64,000 nucleotides of DNA from an uncultured cyanobacterium. Its GTDB lineage: Bacteria; Cyanobacteriota; Cyanobacteriia; Cyanobacteriales; CAWUOF01. The position numbers were made by a program, and so were the translations under genes. Position 1 is the stretch's first letter; the number at the start of each line of letters is the position of its first letter. A model generated the notes under the pieces. That model saw only the letters and a list, made by a program, of their open reading frames with translations. It made no database searches and was not told the DNA's origin. The DNA is taken from the NCBI GenBank assembly GCA_963744145.1, contig CAVUSO010000001.1:4320001-4384000 (forward strand). Reading direction: 5' to 3'. Of this stretch, positions 32,797-42,637 are shown piece after piece.

Positions 32797-33192
32797 TTAA
32801 CTTACTTGCTTTTGTTGTCTTTGCTGCAAAAACTCGGCTTTCATCGCGAACTTCAGCAACTAAATCATCTGACAAATTATCTAAAACTGCTGTTAAATGT
32901 TCCCGAATTCCCATAGTTTCACGAGCAGGAATAGTTAGGATTAATTGATGAGGATAAGCGGTTTCTATTCCAATTGTCTCCATAAATGAGTCAGCTTCCT
33001 CCTGAATTGCTGGGACAAAATCTCCCTGTTCATTGTACTTAACCCAATCACCAAATAATTCGACAATATACGCCTTTCCGTTTCCCAGAACTTCCACAAT
33101 CGTTCCGACTGTTCCCTTCTGTGCTACCCCCCATAGGTTAAGGGAATATCTTCAGTTAGCTTAACCCCATCAAATAGCTGAAATCTAGTCAT
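32797..33192 (-). pseudogene. DUF4926-like protein with two frameshifts
   Basis: MTRFQLFDGVKLTEDIPL / GTVGTIVEVLGNGKAYIVELFG / AEFLQQRQQ* lie in different frames. Confidence 0.7.
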
Positions 33193-33194
33193 GA

Positions 33195-33345
33195 TCATCG
33201 CCCTAATCGCTCTGGTACTGCTGTTACAAATCTAGCAATATCTTCATCAAATAGAACAATCCAAACAGTTCTGATTTGTCGGGATATCCCAGAAACCCCT
33301 GTAATCTGAATATGGGCATGATAAAGTTCACCTTGCTCGTTCTCA
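33195..33345 (-). pseudogene. 3' remnant of DUF6883-like gene
   Basis: ...QITGVSGISRQIRTVWIV...ARFVTAVP, directly upstream of DUF4926. Confidence 0.6.
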
Positions 33346-33397
33346 CTACATTATGTGAAAATAATTTTATCAAGAATTACATACCGATCAAATAACT

Positions 33398-33688
33398 ATG
33401 GCCATTAAAACAAATAGTACAACTCGACCTTACACGCTAAATTTGCGGATTAAGCCAGAAGAACGCAATTTAATCGATCGGGCTGCCAAAGTGCAAGGCA
33501 AGAATAGAACTGATTTTATTTTGGAGGCTGCAAGGAATGCCGCAGAAGAAACCTTGCTAGAACGGAGTATTTTGGAGACTAGTCCAGAAGCTTATGCAGA
33601 ATTTATCGCGCTTCTAGATGCCCCACCCCAACCAAATGAACGTTTACGCAAAACTATGCAGATGACCCCACCTTGGGACAAAGAATGA
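33398..33688 (+). CDS. DUF1778 / TacA-type antitoxin
   Basis: LNLRIKPEERNLIDRAA...TDFILEAA...LDAPPQPNERL..PW. Confidence 0.9.
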   Translation: MAIKTNSTTRPYTLNLRIKPEERNLIDRAAKVQGKNRTDFILEAARNAAEETLLERSILETSPEAYAEFIALLDAPPQPNERLRKTMQMTPPWDKE

Positions 33689-33712
33689 GTTTAAGATCAC
33701 CTGAACCTCTAG

Positions 33713-34024
33713 TTAGTCATACTGCACTACAGCCTCAGTCATGACTCTATCTCGAAAATAAATACTTAACTCATTCGGGGTTCTTAAGTCTATTTTTCTC
33801 CCTTTCATTAATTCTGAAAGTTCCATTTCCATTCTAACTATCTGAAAAAATCCTGGAGTTTTTCCTGGCTCAAATTCTACTAAGAAATCAATATCACTCT
33901 CTGATGTAAAATCATCCCGCAATACTGAACCAAATAAAGATAATTTCTGAATATGGTGGTGCTGGCAAAATTGCGCTATTTCTTTCTTGGGAATTTCAAT
34001 CGGTAATGTTTTTGTTTCACTCAT
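33713..34024 (-). CDS. minimal nucleotidyltransferase (MntA-type antitoxin)
   Basis: LFGSVLRDDFTSESDIDFLVEF. Confidence 0.9.
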   Translation of the reverse strand: MSETKTLPIEIPKKEIAQFCQHHHIQKLSLFGSVLRDDFTSESDIDFLVEFEPGKTPGFFQIVRMEMELSELMKGRKIDLRTPNELSIYFRDRVMTEAVVQYD

Positions 34025-34092
34025 TACTATACTATGTTTCCTCTCACCACATTACTAAATTTTTATTAATCTGCTGGAAAAACCTTTTTTCC

Positions 34093-35679
34093 CTAGCTAC
34101 TCAGCATTGCTTCGACAAATTCATAACTGGAAAAAGGTCTGAGATCTTCTATTCCTTCTCCAGCACCAATAAACCGGATTGGTAATCCTAATTCCTGTAC
34201 AACTGCTAGCGCGACACCTCCTTTAGCAGTGCCATCTAATTTAGTTAATACTACACCGCTTAATTGTGCTGCTTCTGAAAAAACTTGTGCTTGTCGTAAG
34301 CCATTTTGACCTAGGGTAGCATCTAATACTAGCAAGGATTCAACTTGAGCTTCGGGAGCTTTTTTATCGATGATTTTCCGAATTTTACTCAGTTCTTCCA
34401 TGAGATTTTTTTTGTTTTGCAAACGTCCTGCTGTATCTACTAGTAATAATTCGGTTTGGCGCGATTTTGCTGCGGCGATCGCATCAAATACTACAGCAGC
34501 TGGATCGGTATTCTTACCTGGATTAGCGATAATTTCTGTTCCACTCCGATCGCCCCAAATTTTTACCTGTTCTACTGCTGCTGCTCGGAATGTATCTGAT
34601 GCTGCGATTAAACATTTATACCCCGATTTATGGGCTAAATGAGCGATTTTCCCAATCGTGGTAGTTTTTCCCGCTCCATTCACACCTGTGATTAACCAAA
34701 TATTTAAGTGTTCTTTTTCTGGAGCAAAACTAGCATGATAAGTTTTATGTCCTTTGGCTTTTTTGTCTAGAGGTTGATCAAGAATATCCCGCAAGATTTG
34801 TTTGAGATAAGCGATCGCTGCTTCCGGAGGTAAAACTTCTGATCTTAATTTTTCCTGGAGTTGTTCAATGATGTAATCTGTAGCTTCGACACCCACATCA
34901 GCTTGCAGGAGGAGGGATTCAATCTCAGTGACTCCATCTTGGTTTAGTGGTCCTTGACCGACGATCGCTTTGAGTTGGTTAATTAAACCTCGACGGGTTT
35001 TATCTAATCCTTGTCGTAAGCGTTTGAGCCAAGTAATTTCTTCGATCGCGACATCCTGGGGAAGTCGTCCTTGACCCGCTAATACTTCTGCTGACCATAA
35101 AAAACCTTCATCAAAAGCTAAATCTGGGATTTCTTCGAGTTGTTCTTCTGGTGCTGGGGTAACTGGGGTTTCTGCAATTACTGGTTCCGGTGTAACGATC
35201 GCTGTGGATTTTAACCGTTCCACTCTTGCTTCCCTTTCTGTTTGGGAACGAGCCCAGAAAGGAATTTCTGTTTCTGGTGGTGCGATCGGTTCTGAGATTT
35301 CTGTCTCTGGTGGGGTCGTGAGTGCGATCGGCTCTGAGATTTCTGTCTCTGATGGTGCGATCGGTTCTAATTCTAATGGTGGTTCACTTTCTACTGACTC
35401 TTTCTCAGTTGCTACAGGGGGAGTTTCTATTTCGGTCGGTAGATCAGGAACTGTTGTTTCTATAACAGATGAGAGCTCTTCTTCCGATTGAGTTGCTAGT
35501 CCTTGTTTAGCTTGAATATTTTGATAAGCAGCTTTAGCCCAACTTAAATAATCTACTTCGTCCGTTTCTGGAGATTTAGTTTCGGACTGTTCCGAGGGAG
35601 TCGCTTCTGGTTCGGGACTAACCTCTGGTTTGGGAGTTTGATTAACTCCGATTTGACGACGGAACCAATTAAAAACCAT
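34093..35679 (-). CDS. ftsY: signal recognition particle receptor FtsY
   Basis: Acidic A domain, GVNGAGKTT, DTFRAAA, DTAGR, TKLDGTAKGG. Confidence 0.97.
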   Translation of the reverse strand: MVFNWFRRQIGVNQTPKPEVSPEPEATPSEQSETKSPETDEVDYLSWAKAAYQNIQAKQGLATQSEEELSSVIETTVPDLPTEIETPPVATEKESVESEPPLELEPIAPSETEISEPIALTTPPETEISEPIAPPETEIPFWARSQTEREARVERLKSTAIVTPEPVIAETPVTPAPEEQLEEIPDLAFDEGFLWSAEVLAGQGRLPQDVAIEEITWLKRLRQGLDKTRRGLINQLKAIVGQGPLNQDGVTEIESLLLQADVGVEATDYIIEQLQEKLRSEVLPPEAAIAYLKQILRDILDQPLDKKAKGHKTYHASFAPEKEHLNIWLITGVNGAGKTTTIGKIAHLAHKSGYKCLIAASDTFRAAAVEQVKIWGDRSGTEIIANPGKNTDPAAVVFDAIAAAKSRQTELLLVDTAGRLQNKKNLMEELSKIRKIIDKKAPEAQVESLLVLDATLGQNGLRQAQVFSEAAQLSGVVLTKLDGTAKGGVALAVVQELGLPIRFIGAGEGIEDLRPFSSYEFVEAMLSS

Positions 35680-35719
35680 AAAAATAAACCTAAATTTTAG
35701 TTATTATCCTACGAGTCGT

Positions 35720-37162
35720 TTACCTTGCTGCTTCAGAAATGGCAATTGGTAACCAAAGCACAAAAGTTGTTCCTCGTCCTGGATTAATGATGGTGGAATC
35801 GGGATCATAATCAGGTAACCACTCAGGGATCACAGGGGAATAGATATCGATTTTACCTTGCATTTGCTCTACTAAATCTTTCGCGATCGCCAAACCTAAC
35901 CCTGTTCCAGGAATATTGGTTTGAGCTTGGACTCCACGATAATGTCGTTCAAATAAATGTTCTCGATCTTGGGGGGGAATTCCCGGTCCTGTGTCACTAA
36001 TTGCGATCGGCTGTAGTTGATTTTCCCAGGAGCAGTTCATGGGCATTGCCCGAATATATATATATCCTCCCTGGGGGGTATATTTTAAAGCATTATCGAT
36101 TAAATTCGTGAATACTTCACATAAAGCTTTGTCATTCCCTAGCACTGGTGGTAAATTCGGGGAGATTTCCGCTTCTAGATTTAATTGTCTTTCTGAAGCG
36201 ATCGCTTGTGCGGAAACTAGCAATGGTGCTAGAATCTTGGCCAGATCACAAATTGTACGAGGTAAATTTCGTCCCAGGAGTAAATTCTCAGCTGGTAACA
36301 TCGGCAGTGATAAGTTATTCTTAGCTGAGATGACAATATCTGCATCAGCCTGGATTTCCTGGTTCGGTTGGACAGGTGTTAAAGTTAACTCAACTTGTTC
36401 TAAGTCGATACTTCGATCTAAATCTTGGAGTAATTCGTTCAAGCGATCGCTTTCTCTGACTATACTTTGAGCAATATCCCGGTTCGGATCTGGGGGTGAG
36501 AGTCGTTTGAGGAGTAGTTTCCCAAAAGTTTTTAAAGCAGTTAACGGATTGCGAAATTGATGGAGTAGATTGCTTAAGAGATTTTGCTGTTGTTCTTGTA
36601 ATAGTTGTTGTTCATTTAATTGGGCAAAAGACCATTGAGCCCTTCGATCTAATAAACAAGCGATCGCTAAGGTGTGAGCAATTAGTTCTACTTGGGGTCT
36701 TTCTCCCTCATTCCAAGCTCGATCTTCTCTTCCTGTCACCAATAATCCCATCATTACTCCTTCATGGATCATTGGTAAGACCAATTGATACTGTGGTCGC
36801 AGGGTATTTTTTTGATTTTCCTGATTTAATTCTGATAAGACTTCATAGTTAGAAGACTGTCTAATTAGATTCGTATCAGTTCGGGACAAATCCTTTGTTA
36901 CTCCCGCTGATAATAATCGAGGTAGGTTGGTCGGTTGGTCAACTCGTTTAGCTGATCCTGGTCTAGTAATTTCCCAAGTTTGCTCCCTGTCCCATCCCTT
37001 GGTGGTTTCCGGGTAAACGACGATGGGTATGAGTTTGGCATCTGTATCCAATAGTTCTTCAGTCAAGTAGACTACACTCAATGACGCTCCTAGTCCTTGA
37101 GTTAAAAGTGCTACCTGAGATTGGCACAAAGTAATAAATTCGGCACTGGTGGAAATTAACAT
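35720..37162 (-). CDS. hik2: GAF sensor histidine kinase, Hik2/CSK type
   Basis: EFITLCQSQ N-terminus, HQFRNPLTALKTFGKLL, N/G boxes. Confidence 0.8.
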   Translation of the reverse strand: MLISTSAEFITLCQSQVALLTQGLGASLSVVYLTEELLDTDAKLIPIVVYPETTKGWDREQTWEITRPGSAKRVDQPTNLPRLLSAGVTKDLSRTDTNLIRQSSNYEVLSELNQENQKNTLRPQYQLVLPMIHEGVMMGLLVTGREDRAWNEGERPQVELIAHTLAIACLLDRRAQWSFAQLNEQQLLQEQQQNLLSNLLHQFRNPLTALKTFGKLLLKRLSPPDPNRDIAQSIVRESDRLNELLQDLDRSIDLEQVELTLTPVQPNQEIQADADIVISAKNNLSLPMLPAENLLLGRNLPRTICDLAKILAPLLVSAQAIASERQLNLEAEISPNLPPVLGNDKALCEVFTNLIDNALKYTPQGGYIYIRAMPMNCSWENQLQPIAISDTGPGIPPQDREHLFERHYRGVQAQTNIPGTGLGLAIAKDLVEQMQGKIDIYSPVIPEWLPDYDPDSTIINPGRGTTFVLWLPIAISEAAR

Positions 37163-37267
37163 GGGACTAATTTTAATCGGTTTCTAGACCAATTGTTGCG
37201 ATTTTCTGATTTTTTCTGAGCCGATCGGCAAAATTAGAAAATTTTTCAATTTTGCTCCGAAAAACAC

Positions 37268-37298
37268 TTGACATCTTCCCAGGGTTAGCTGTTATGAT
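37268..37298 (+). promoter_or_regulatory. tRNA promoter
   Basis: TTGACA and extended TGnTATGAT upstream of the tRNA (long spacer). Confidence 0.45.
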
Positions 37299-37315
37299 AG
37301 CAAAGGTTAAACCAA

Positions 37316-37387
37316 TGGGGCGTCGCCAAGTGGTAAGGCAGCGGGTTTTGGTCCCGCCATTCCGAGGTTCGAATCCTTGCGCCCCAG
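37316..37387 (+). tRNA. trnQ: tRNA-Gln(UUG)
   Basis: Acceptor TGGGGCG/CGCCCCA, anticodon arm GCGGG-TTTTGGT-CCCGC, GTTCGAATC T-loop; CCA not encoded. Confidence 0.97.
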
Positions 37388-37456
37388 TTTTCAATTTTAC
37401 CTAATTACTGATAGTCTTTGATTAAGGAGATTTTTAGTAAAAGGGAAATATTGCCG

Positions 37457-38233
37457 ATGAGTTCTGATCATGCTCCCACTATTATTGCTCTAGATTTTGA
37501 TGGTGTTATTTGTGATGGGTTGATTGAATATTTCCAATCAGCTTGGCGTACTTATAGTAAAATTTGGACTGGGGAAAGTCCTGTTGCTCCTCCACCTGAT
37601 TTAGCGGAAACTTTTTATCGATTACGACCAGTAATTGAAACAGGTTGGGAAATGCCCGTATTAATTCGTTGTCTATGTTTGGGAATTTCTGAAGCCAGAA
37701 TTTGGCAAGAATGGCAAAGTATAGCACAAGATTTATTGATTACAGAAAATTTGGATTCTGTCAAGATTGGCCGATCGCTAGATCAGATCCGGGATAACTG
37801 GATTAGTGAAGATTTAACTGGGTGGTTAAGTTGTCATCGGTTATATCCTGGGGTGATAGAAAAATTAAAATCATTAACTAAAGATAACTCGCGATCGCCA
37901 ATTATTACCACTAAAGAAGGACGCTTTGTCAGCCGACTACTAGCCGAATATGATATTTATATTGCACCAGAATTGATCTATGGTAAAGAGGTAGGTCGTC
38001 CCAAGTCTGCGATTCTGCGAGATTTAGCTCCGGGAGAAACAGTTTGGTTTGTGGAAGATCGACTCAAAACTTTACAATCAGTTGCTCAAGTGCCAGAATT
38101 AGATCAGGTCAAACTGTTTTTAGCTGATTGGGGTTATAATACTGCTAAAGAACGAGCCACTATTGCTGATCAAACAAGGATTAAATTATTATCTCTGGCT
38201 CAATTTGCGGGAGATTTTGCGGAGTGGTTGTAA
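37457..38233 (+). CDS. HAD family hydrolase
   Basis: ALDFDGVICD, FVEDR, DWGYN. Confidence 0.9.
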   Translation: MSSDHAPTIIALDFDGVICDGLIEYFQSAWRTYSKIWTGESPVAPPPDLAETFYRLRPVIETGWEMPVLIRCLCLGISEARIWQEWQSIAQDLLITENLDSVKIGRSLDQIRDNWISEDLTGWLSCHRLYPGVIEKLKSLTKDNSRSPIITTKEGRFVSRLLAEYDIYIAPELIYGKEVGRPKSAILRDLAPGETVWFVEDRLKTLQSVAQVPELDQVKLFLADWGYNTAKERATIADQTRIKLLSLAQFAGDFAEWL

Positions 38234-38257
38234 ATCCTTATTGTCGATTGTATTGTT

Positions 38258-39457
38258 ATGCTAAATCTCAATCAATTAGCTACCCAAATTCCCGGTTTGA
38301 GTAGTCATCTTAACCAAGAAACAGAAAAATCTCGGCAAAGATTAGAATTAGCTCAAAAGCTAATGAAACAAGCTGAATTACAACAGACTGAGTTAGTTAG
38401 TAAACAGCAAAATTGGCGCGATCGGATTATTTTTGCTTGTGGAGAGCCGATCGAACCTTTAAATACTCGTGGGGTAATTAGTGTTGCTCCAGTAACTCAT
38501 ACTGTGATTGCGACAGATGGTTCCCAAATTGCACCCAGTCACCATGAAATTGCCTATTGTTATTTGATTAATGTGGGGAGAGTAATTTTACATTATGGTC
38601 AAAATATCCATCCTTTATTAGATAGTATTCCCGAAGTATTCTATCAACCAGAAGATTTATATGTTTCCCGTCAATGGGGAATCAGGACTGATGAATGGAT
38701 GGGTTATCGTCGGACAGTTTCCGAAGCAAATATTTTAGCAGAATTAGGTCATAGTTTAGCCCAGGAAGAATTAAAAATACCGACGATCGCGATGGTGGAT
38801 GGTTCCTTAATTTATTGGTTTCTTGATAATTTAGGTTCAGAAGTAAGAGAGCGCATTTTACCACCAATTTTAGCAGCTTGGGAACAAATGCGTTTAGATC
38901 GAATTCCCCTAGTTGGTTATATTAGTGCTTCTCGGAGTGTGGAAAGTCTCTCATTTCTCCGGTTACAAGCTTGTCCTTATCCAGAACCAGATTGTATTAC
39001 CAATTGTCCCAAAAAAGACGAACAATACAGCGATCGCGCTCCTTGTCAAATTTTTGAACCTTTACGGGATAGCACCCTATGGGGATATTTATTAGCACCT
39101 GGACAACGTAGTCCCTGGTGGAAGAGTTCAGCTCGGATTTTAGAGTTTTATGGTAATGAACACACGATTTATTTTTGTTATATTAATGTTGGTGCCGAAA
39201 TCGCTAGAATAGAAGTACCAGCTTGGGTAATTACCGATGCAACCATGTTGGATACTGTGCTATCATTAACTATAGCACAGGTACAAAAAGGCTATGGCTA
39301 TCCGGTAGTCTTAGCAGAAGCACATAATCAAGCATTAGTAACTGGTAGCGATCGCACTCGGTTCTTTACTCTATTAGAAAGAGAAATGATCAAAGCAGGG
39401 ATCACCAATGTCGGGACATCCTATAAGGAAGCTCGGAAACGGGGTAGTATTGCTTAA
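38258..39457 (+). CDS. NurA-domain nuclease
   Basis: IATDGSQ, VDGSL, GYPVVLAEAH. Confidence 0.88.
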   Translation: MLNLNQLATQIPGLSSHLNQETEKSRQRLELAQKLMKQAELQQTELVSKQQNWRDRIIFACGEPIEPLNTRGVISVAPVTHTVIATDGSQIAPSHHEIAYCYLINVGRVILHYGQNIHPLLDSIPEVFYQPEDLYVSRQWGIRTDEWMGYRRTVSEANILAELGHSLAQEELKIPTIAMVDGSLIYWFLDNLGSEVRERILPPILAAWEQMRLDRIPLVGYISASRSVESLSFLRLQACPYPEPDCITNCPKKDEQYSDRAPCQIFEPLRDSTLWGYLLAPGQRSPWWKSSARILEFYGNEHTIYFCYINVGAEIARIEVPAWVITDATMLDTVLSLTIAQVQKGYGYPVVLAEAHNQALVTGSDRTRFFTLLEREMIKAGITNVGTSYKEARKRGSIA

Positions 39458-39528
39458 TGAGATTATTGTGCGCGATCGCAGATTTTCAGTTAAAATAAAT
39501 AATTGATAGTTATTTCTGTAGGTTTTTT

Positions 39529-40536
39529 ATGAAACTATCTAGCAAAAATCTTGATGAACGCATTGATACACTTTATGATGCCATCATTGTGGGTGGTGGA
39601 GCAGGAGGACTTTCCGCAGCTATTTATTTAGCTCGTTATGGACTAAAATGTCTCGTGGTGGAAAAAGGGAGAGGACGCTCTTTTTGGATGCAAGATTTGC
39701 GTAATTATTTGGGACTTGATCCTCACACTCCTGGTAGAGAACTATTGAATCATGGTACTAAACAAATTTTAGACTGGGGAGCAGATTATTTACTAGGTTA
39801 CGTGGAAGAAGTAACCGATCAGGGAGAAAAATTAGCAGTTAAAGTCAAGGTTGGTAAGAAAAATAGTATATATCCGGTATTTCACAGTAAGTATTTAATT
39901 GCTGCATCCGGGATTATTGATATTTTACCAGAAATTGAAAATATGCAAAATCTCTATGATTATGCAGGTTATACCCTCCATGTCTGTATGATTTGTGATG
40001 GGTTTGATATGTGGGATCAGAAAGCAGTTTTGATTGCTGGAACTGAATCCCAAATTAACGCTGCATTTGTGTTAAACTGGTTTACACCCTATCTGTCTAT
40101 TCTAACCCACGGATTATGTACAGTCAGTGCAGAAATGAAACAAAAACTAACTGAACATGGATATCCGTTATATGAAGCACCGATTACTCGTTTTTTAGGT
40201 GAAAAACATCAAATGAGTGGGATAGAATTAGCCGATGGAACAGTTGTAGAAGCAACAACTGGATTAATCAATATGGGTTCAACTTACCATAATCATTACT
40301 TAAAAGGAATTCAGGGATTAGAATGGGATGGTGAGAATCTAGTCACCAATGAAATGACTCAAACTAAACATCCGCGAATCTTTGCGATCGGAGATTTAAA
40401 AAAAGGAGTAAATCAAGTATCGATCGCCGTTGCAGATGGAACCTTAGCAGCAACTCAAATTTGGCGAAATATTCGTCGTGCTAGTGTACCCCGGAAGTGG
40501 GAAGAAAATATTGCTAAAGCTACTGTCTTATCGTAG
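39529..40536 (+). CDS. thioredoxin-reductase-like FAD oxidoreductase
   Basis: IVGGGAGG, CMICDG, FAIGD. Confidence 0.88.
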   Translation: MKLSSKNLDERIDTLYDAIIVGGGAGGLSAAIYLARYGLKCLVVEKGRGRSFWMQDLRNYLGLDPHTPGRELLNHGTKQILDWGADYLLGYVEEVTDQGEKLAVKVKVGKKNSIYPVFHSKYLIAASGIIDILPEIENMQNLYDYAGYTLHVCMICDGFDMWDQKAVLIAGTESQINAAFVLNWFTPYLSILTHGLCTVSAEMKQKLTEHGYPLYEAPITRFLGEKHQMSGIELADGTVVEATTGLINMGSTYHNHYLKGIQGLEWDGENLVTNEMTQTKHPRIFAIGDLKKGVNQVSIAVADGTLAATQIWRNIRRASVPRKWEENIAKATVLS

Positions 40537-40665
40537 AAACTTCTGGTGGAACCTCTCTGACTAAAAAGTAAGAGGGGTGGAGTGATTTGGCAATTGGAGC
40601 GTGATCGCGGCTCTAAATCAAGGTGCAATAGGCTGGATGATTTGCTATGATGAGGAAGCGATCTG

Positions 40666-40742
40666 CTAGACCTCTTGCAAAAGTTCTTTTAATTAATTTA
40701 CTGGACAGGTATCTTGCCTGTCCTAGTTATTTTTACAAGAAC
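40666..40742. mobile_element. small degenerate MITE-like element
   Basis: TAGACCTCTTGCAAAA...TTTTACAAGA ends with internal GGACAGG/CCTGTCC palindrome. Confidence 0.45.
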
Positions 40743-40791
40743 TTTACTATCTAGACCGCCTCTATTTTTGTTAAAATAGAATGCGATCCAC

Positions 40792-41136
40792 ATGGTGCGA
40801 AAAAAAATTATGACTCAGATACCTATACCATCGGTAATCCAAGAACATATTGAAATTACTCCAGGTATTTGTGGCGGTAAACCGCGCATTGCTGGACATA
40901 GAATTAAAGTACAAAATATTGTTCTCTGGTACGAAGATCTGGGACTTTCCCCAGATGAAATTGTTTATCACTATCCCTCAATTACTTTGGCAGATGTCTA
41001 TGCGGCGTTAGCGTATTATCATGATCACCGTCAGGAAATTCGACAACAAATTAGAGAAGATGAAGTTTTTGCCCACCAGATTCAGGTGCAAACTCCTTCT
41101 CTACTTCAGGAAAAGTTAAAAAATCGTCATGTCTGA
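40792..41136 (+). CDS. DUF433 antitoxin
   Basis: TPGICGGKPRIAGHRI...ADVYAALAYY. Confidence 0.9.
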   Translation: MVRKKIMTQIPIPSVIQEHIEITPGICGGKPRIAGHRIKVQNIVLWYEDLGLSPDEIVYHYPSITLADVYAALAYYHDHRQEIRQQIREDEVFAHQIQVQTPSLLQEKLKNRHV

Positions 41137-41464
41137 AATTATTCGCTTTCATTTGGATGAAAATGTTAGCAATGCGATCGCAGAAAGTTTGCGACGACGT
41201 GGGGTTGATGTGACAACTACACCATCAGCAGGATTAATGGGCTGCTCAGATGAAGAACAAATTGCTTTTGCTTTGGAGCAAAATCGGGTTATTTTTACTC
41301 AGGATACTGATTTCTTGCGGCTAAATCAAGATGGATTGACTCATAATGGTATAGTTTATTGCCAGCAGAATAGTCGATTGATCGGTGAAATTGTGCGAAG
41401 TTTAATTTTGATTTGGGAGTATCTAAAACCAGAATATCTGCGCGGACGGGTTGAATTTATTTGA
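41129..41464 (+). CDS. DUF5615 PIN-like toxin
   Basis: FHLDENV, SDEEQI, FTQDTDF; overlaps DUF433. Confidence 0.88.
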   Translation: MSEIIRFHLDENVSNAIAESLRRRGVDVTTTPSAGLMGCSDEEQIAFALEQNRVIFTQDTDFLRLNQDGLTHNGIVYCQQNSRLIGEIVRSLILIWEYLKPEYLRGRVEFI

Positions 41465-41514
41465 GGGAGCGATCGTCTGCGATCGCTCGTTTGATTTGGT
41501 AAGGACGATCGCTT

Positions 41515-41949
41515 TTACAATATGGTTAAATAAGTATCAATTGAAGTTTCGGGTAAAACTTTTAATTGCTGATTTTGTAAATCTAATTCAATTCCCAATG
41601 CTTCTAAGGGAATCACCCCTAAAAGAGCATCTCGTCCACCAGGTAATTCTAAACATTCAAAAGTACCTTCTCTCCCACATAAAAATATTTTGGCATCTTG
41701 AAAAATTCGGGCTTTGCTAATTCCAGTTGCTGTAGTAACATCAACTTCTCGCAGCAGTTCTAAACCTAGTTGTGCGATCGCTTCTGGGGGTAAACTCATG
41801 GTAGTAGCTCCTGGATCTACTAGCACATTCTTTAGGGTAATCGAGCGGACTTGCTCGGTCGGAATATAACCGCGTGTTGCAGCAGATTGATCGGATCGGT
41901 TTGTAATAGTCAATGTGGTGGTAATTTTGCCCATTTGTTCTGTAAACAT
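41515..41949 (-). CDS. clan AA retropepsin-like aspartyl protease, variant active site (DPG)
   Basis: LVDPGAT and ALLGVIPLE; paralog of 42203-42637. Confidence 0.85.
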   Translation of the reverse strand: MFTEQMGKITTTLTITNRSDQSAATRGYIPTEQVRSITLKNVLVDPGATTMSLPPEAIAQLGLELLREVDVTTATGISKARIFQDAKIFLCGREGTFECLELPGGRDALLGVIPLEALGIELDLQNQQLKVLPETSIDTYLTIL

Positions 41950-42202
41950 GATTTTGAGTTCCCATACTATACCACTATTGTAAGGTGAGAAATTAGAGAT
42001 GGGGGCGATGTTTTGAGGGAATAGTGCGATCGCTATCTATACCGCCTCTATTTTTGTTAAAATAGAATGCGATCCACATTGTGCAAAGTTTAATTTTGAT
42101 TTGGAAGTATCTAGAACCAGAAGATCTGCGCGGACGAGTTGAATTTATTTGAGGGAGCGATCGTCTGCGATCGCTCGTTTGATTTGGTAAGGATGATCGC
42201 TT

Positions 42203-42637
42203 TTACAATATGGTTAAATAGGTATCAATTGAAGTTTCGGGTAAAACTTTTAATTGCTGATTTTGTAAATCTAATTCAATTCCCAATGCTTCTAAGGGAA
42301 TCACCCCTAAAAGAGCATCTCGTCCACCCGGTAATTCTAAACATTCAAAAGTACCTTCTCTCCCACATAAAAATATTTTGGCATCTTGAAAAATTCGGGC
42401 TTTGCTAATTCCAGTTGCTGTAGTAACATCAACTTCTCGCAGCAATTCTAAACCCAGTTGTGCGATCGCTTCTGGGGGTAAACAAAGGGTAGTAGCTCCT
42501 GTATCTACTAGCACATTCTTTAGGGTAATCGAGCGGACTTGCTCGGTCGGAATGACCTGCTGATTTGCTAGAATCTGGTCAGCTCGGTTTGTAATAGTCA
42601 ATGTGGTGGTAATTTTGCCCATCTGTTCGGTAGACAT
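42203..42637 (-). CDS. clan AA retropepsin-like aspartyl protease
   Basis: LVDTGAT and ALLGVIPLE. Confidence 0.88.
   Translation of the reverse strand: MSTEQMGKITTTLTITNRADQILANQQVIPTEQVRSITLKNVLVDTGATTLCLPPEAIAQLGLELLREVDVTTATGISKARIFQDAKIFLCGREGTFECLELPGGRDALLGVIPLEALGIELDLQNQQLKVLPETSIDTYLTIL

Noticed and set aside
35260..35370. PETEISEPIA repeats in ftsY
   Set aside because: Low-complexity repeats are usual in the acidic A domain of FtsY.
37316..37387. tRNA-Gln as an island integration site
   Set aside because: No duplicated tRNA 3' end or integrase seen; flanks are core genes.
37173..37394. 73-aa ORF
   Set aside because: Antisense shadow of tRNA-Gln.
38258..39457. NurA as part of a defence or HerA-NurA locus
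   Set aside because: No herA or other partner nearby; context (HAD, oxidoreductase) looks like ordinary chromosome.
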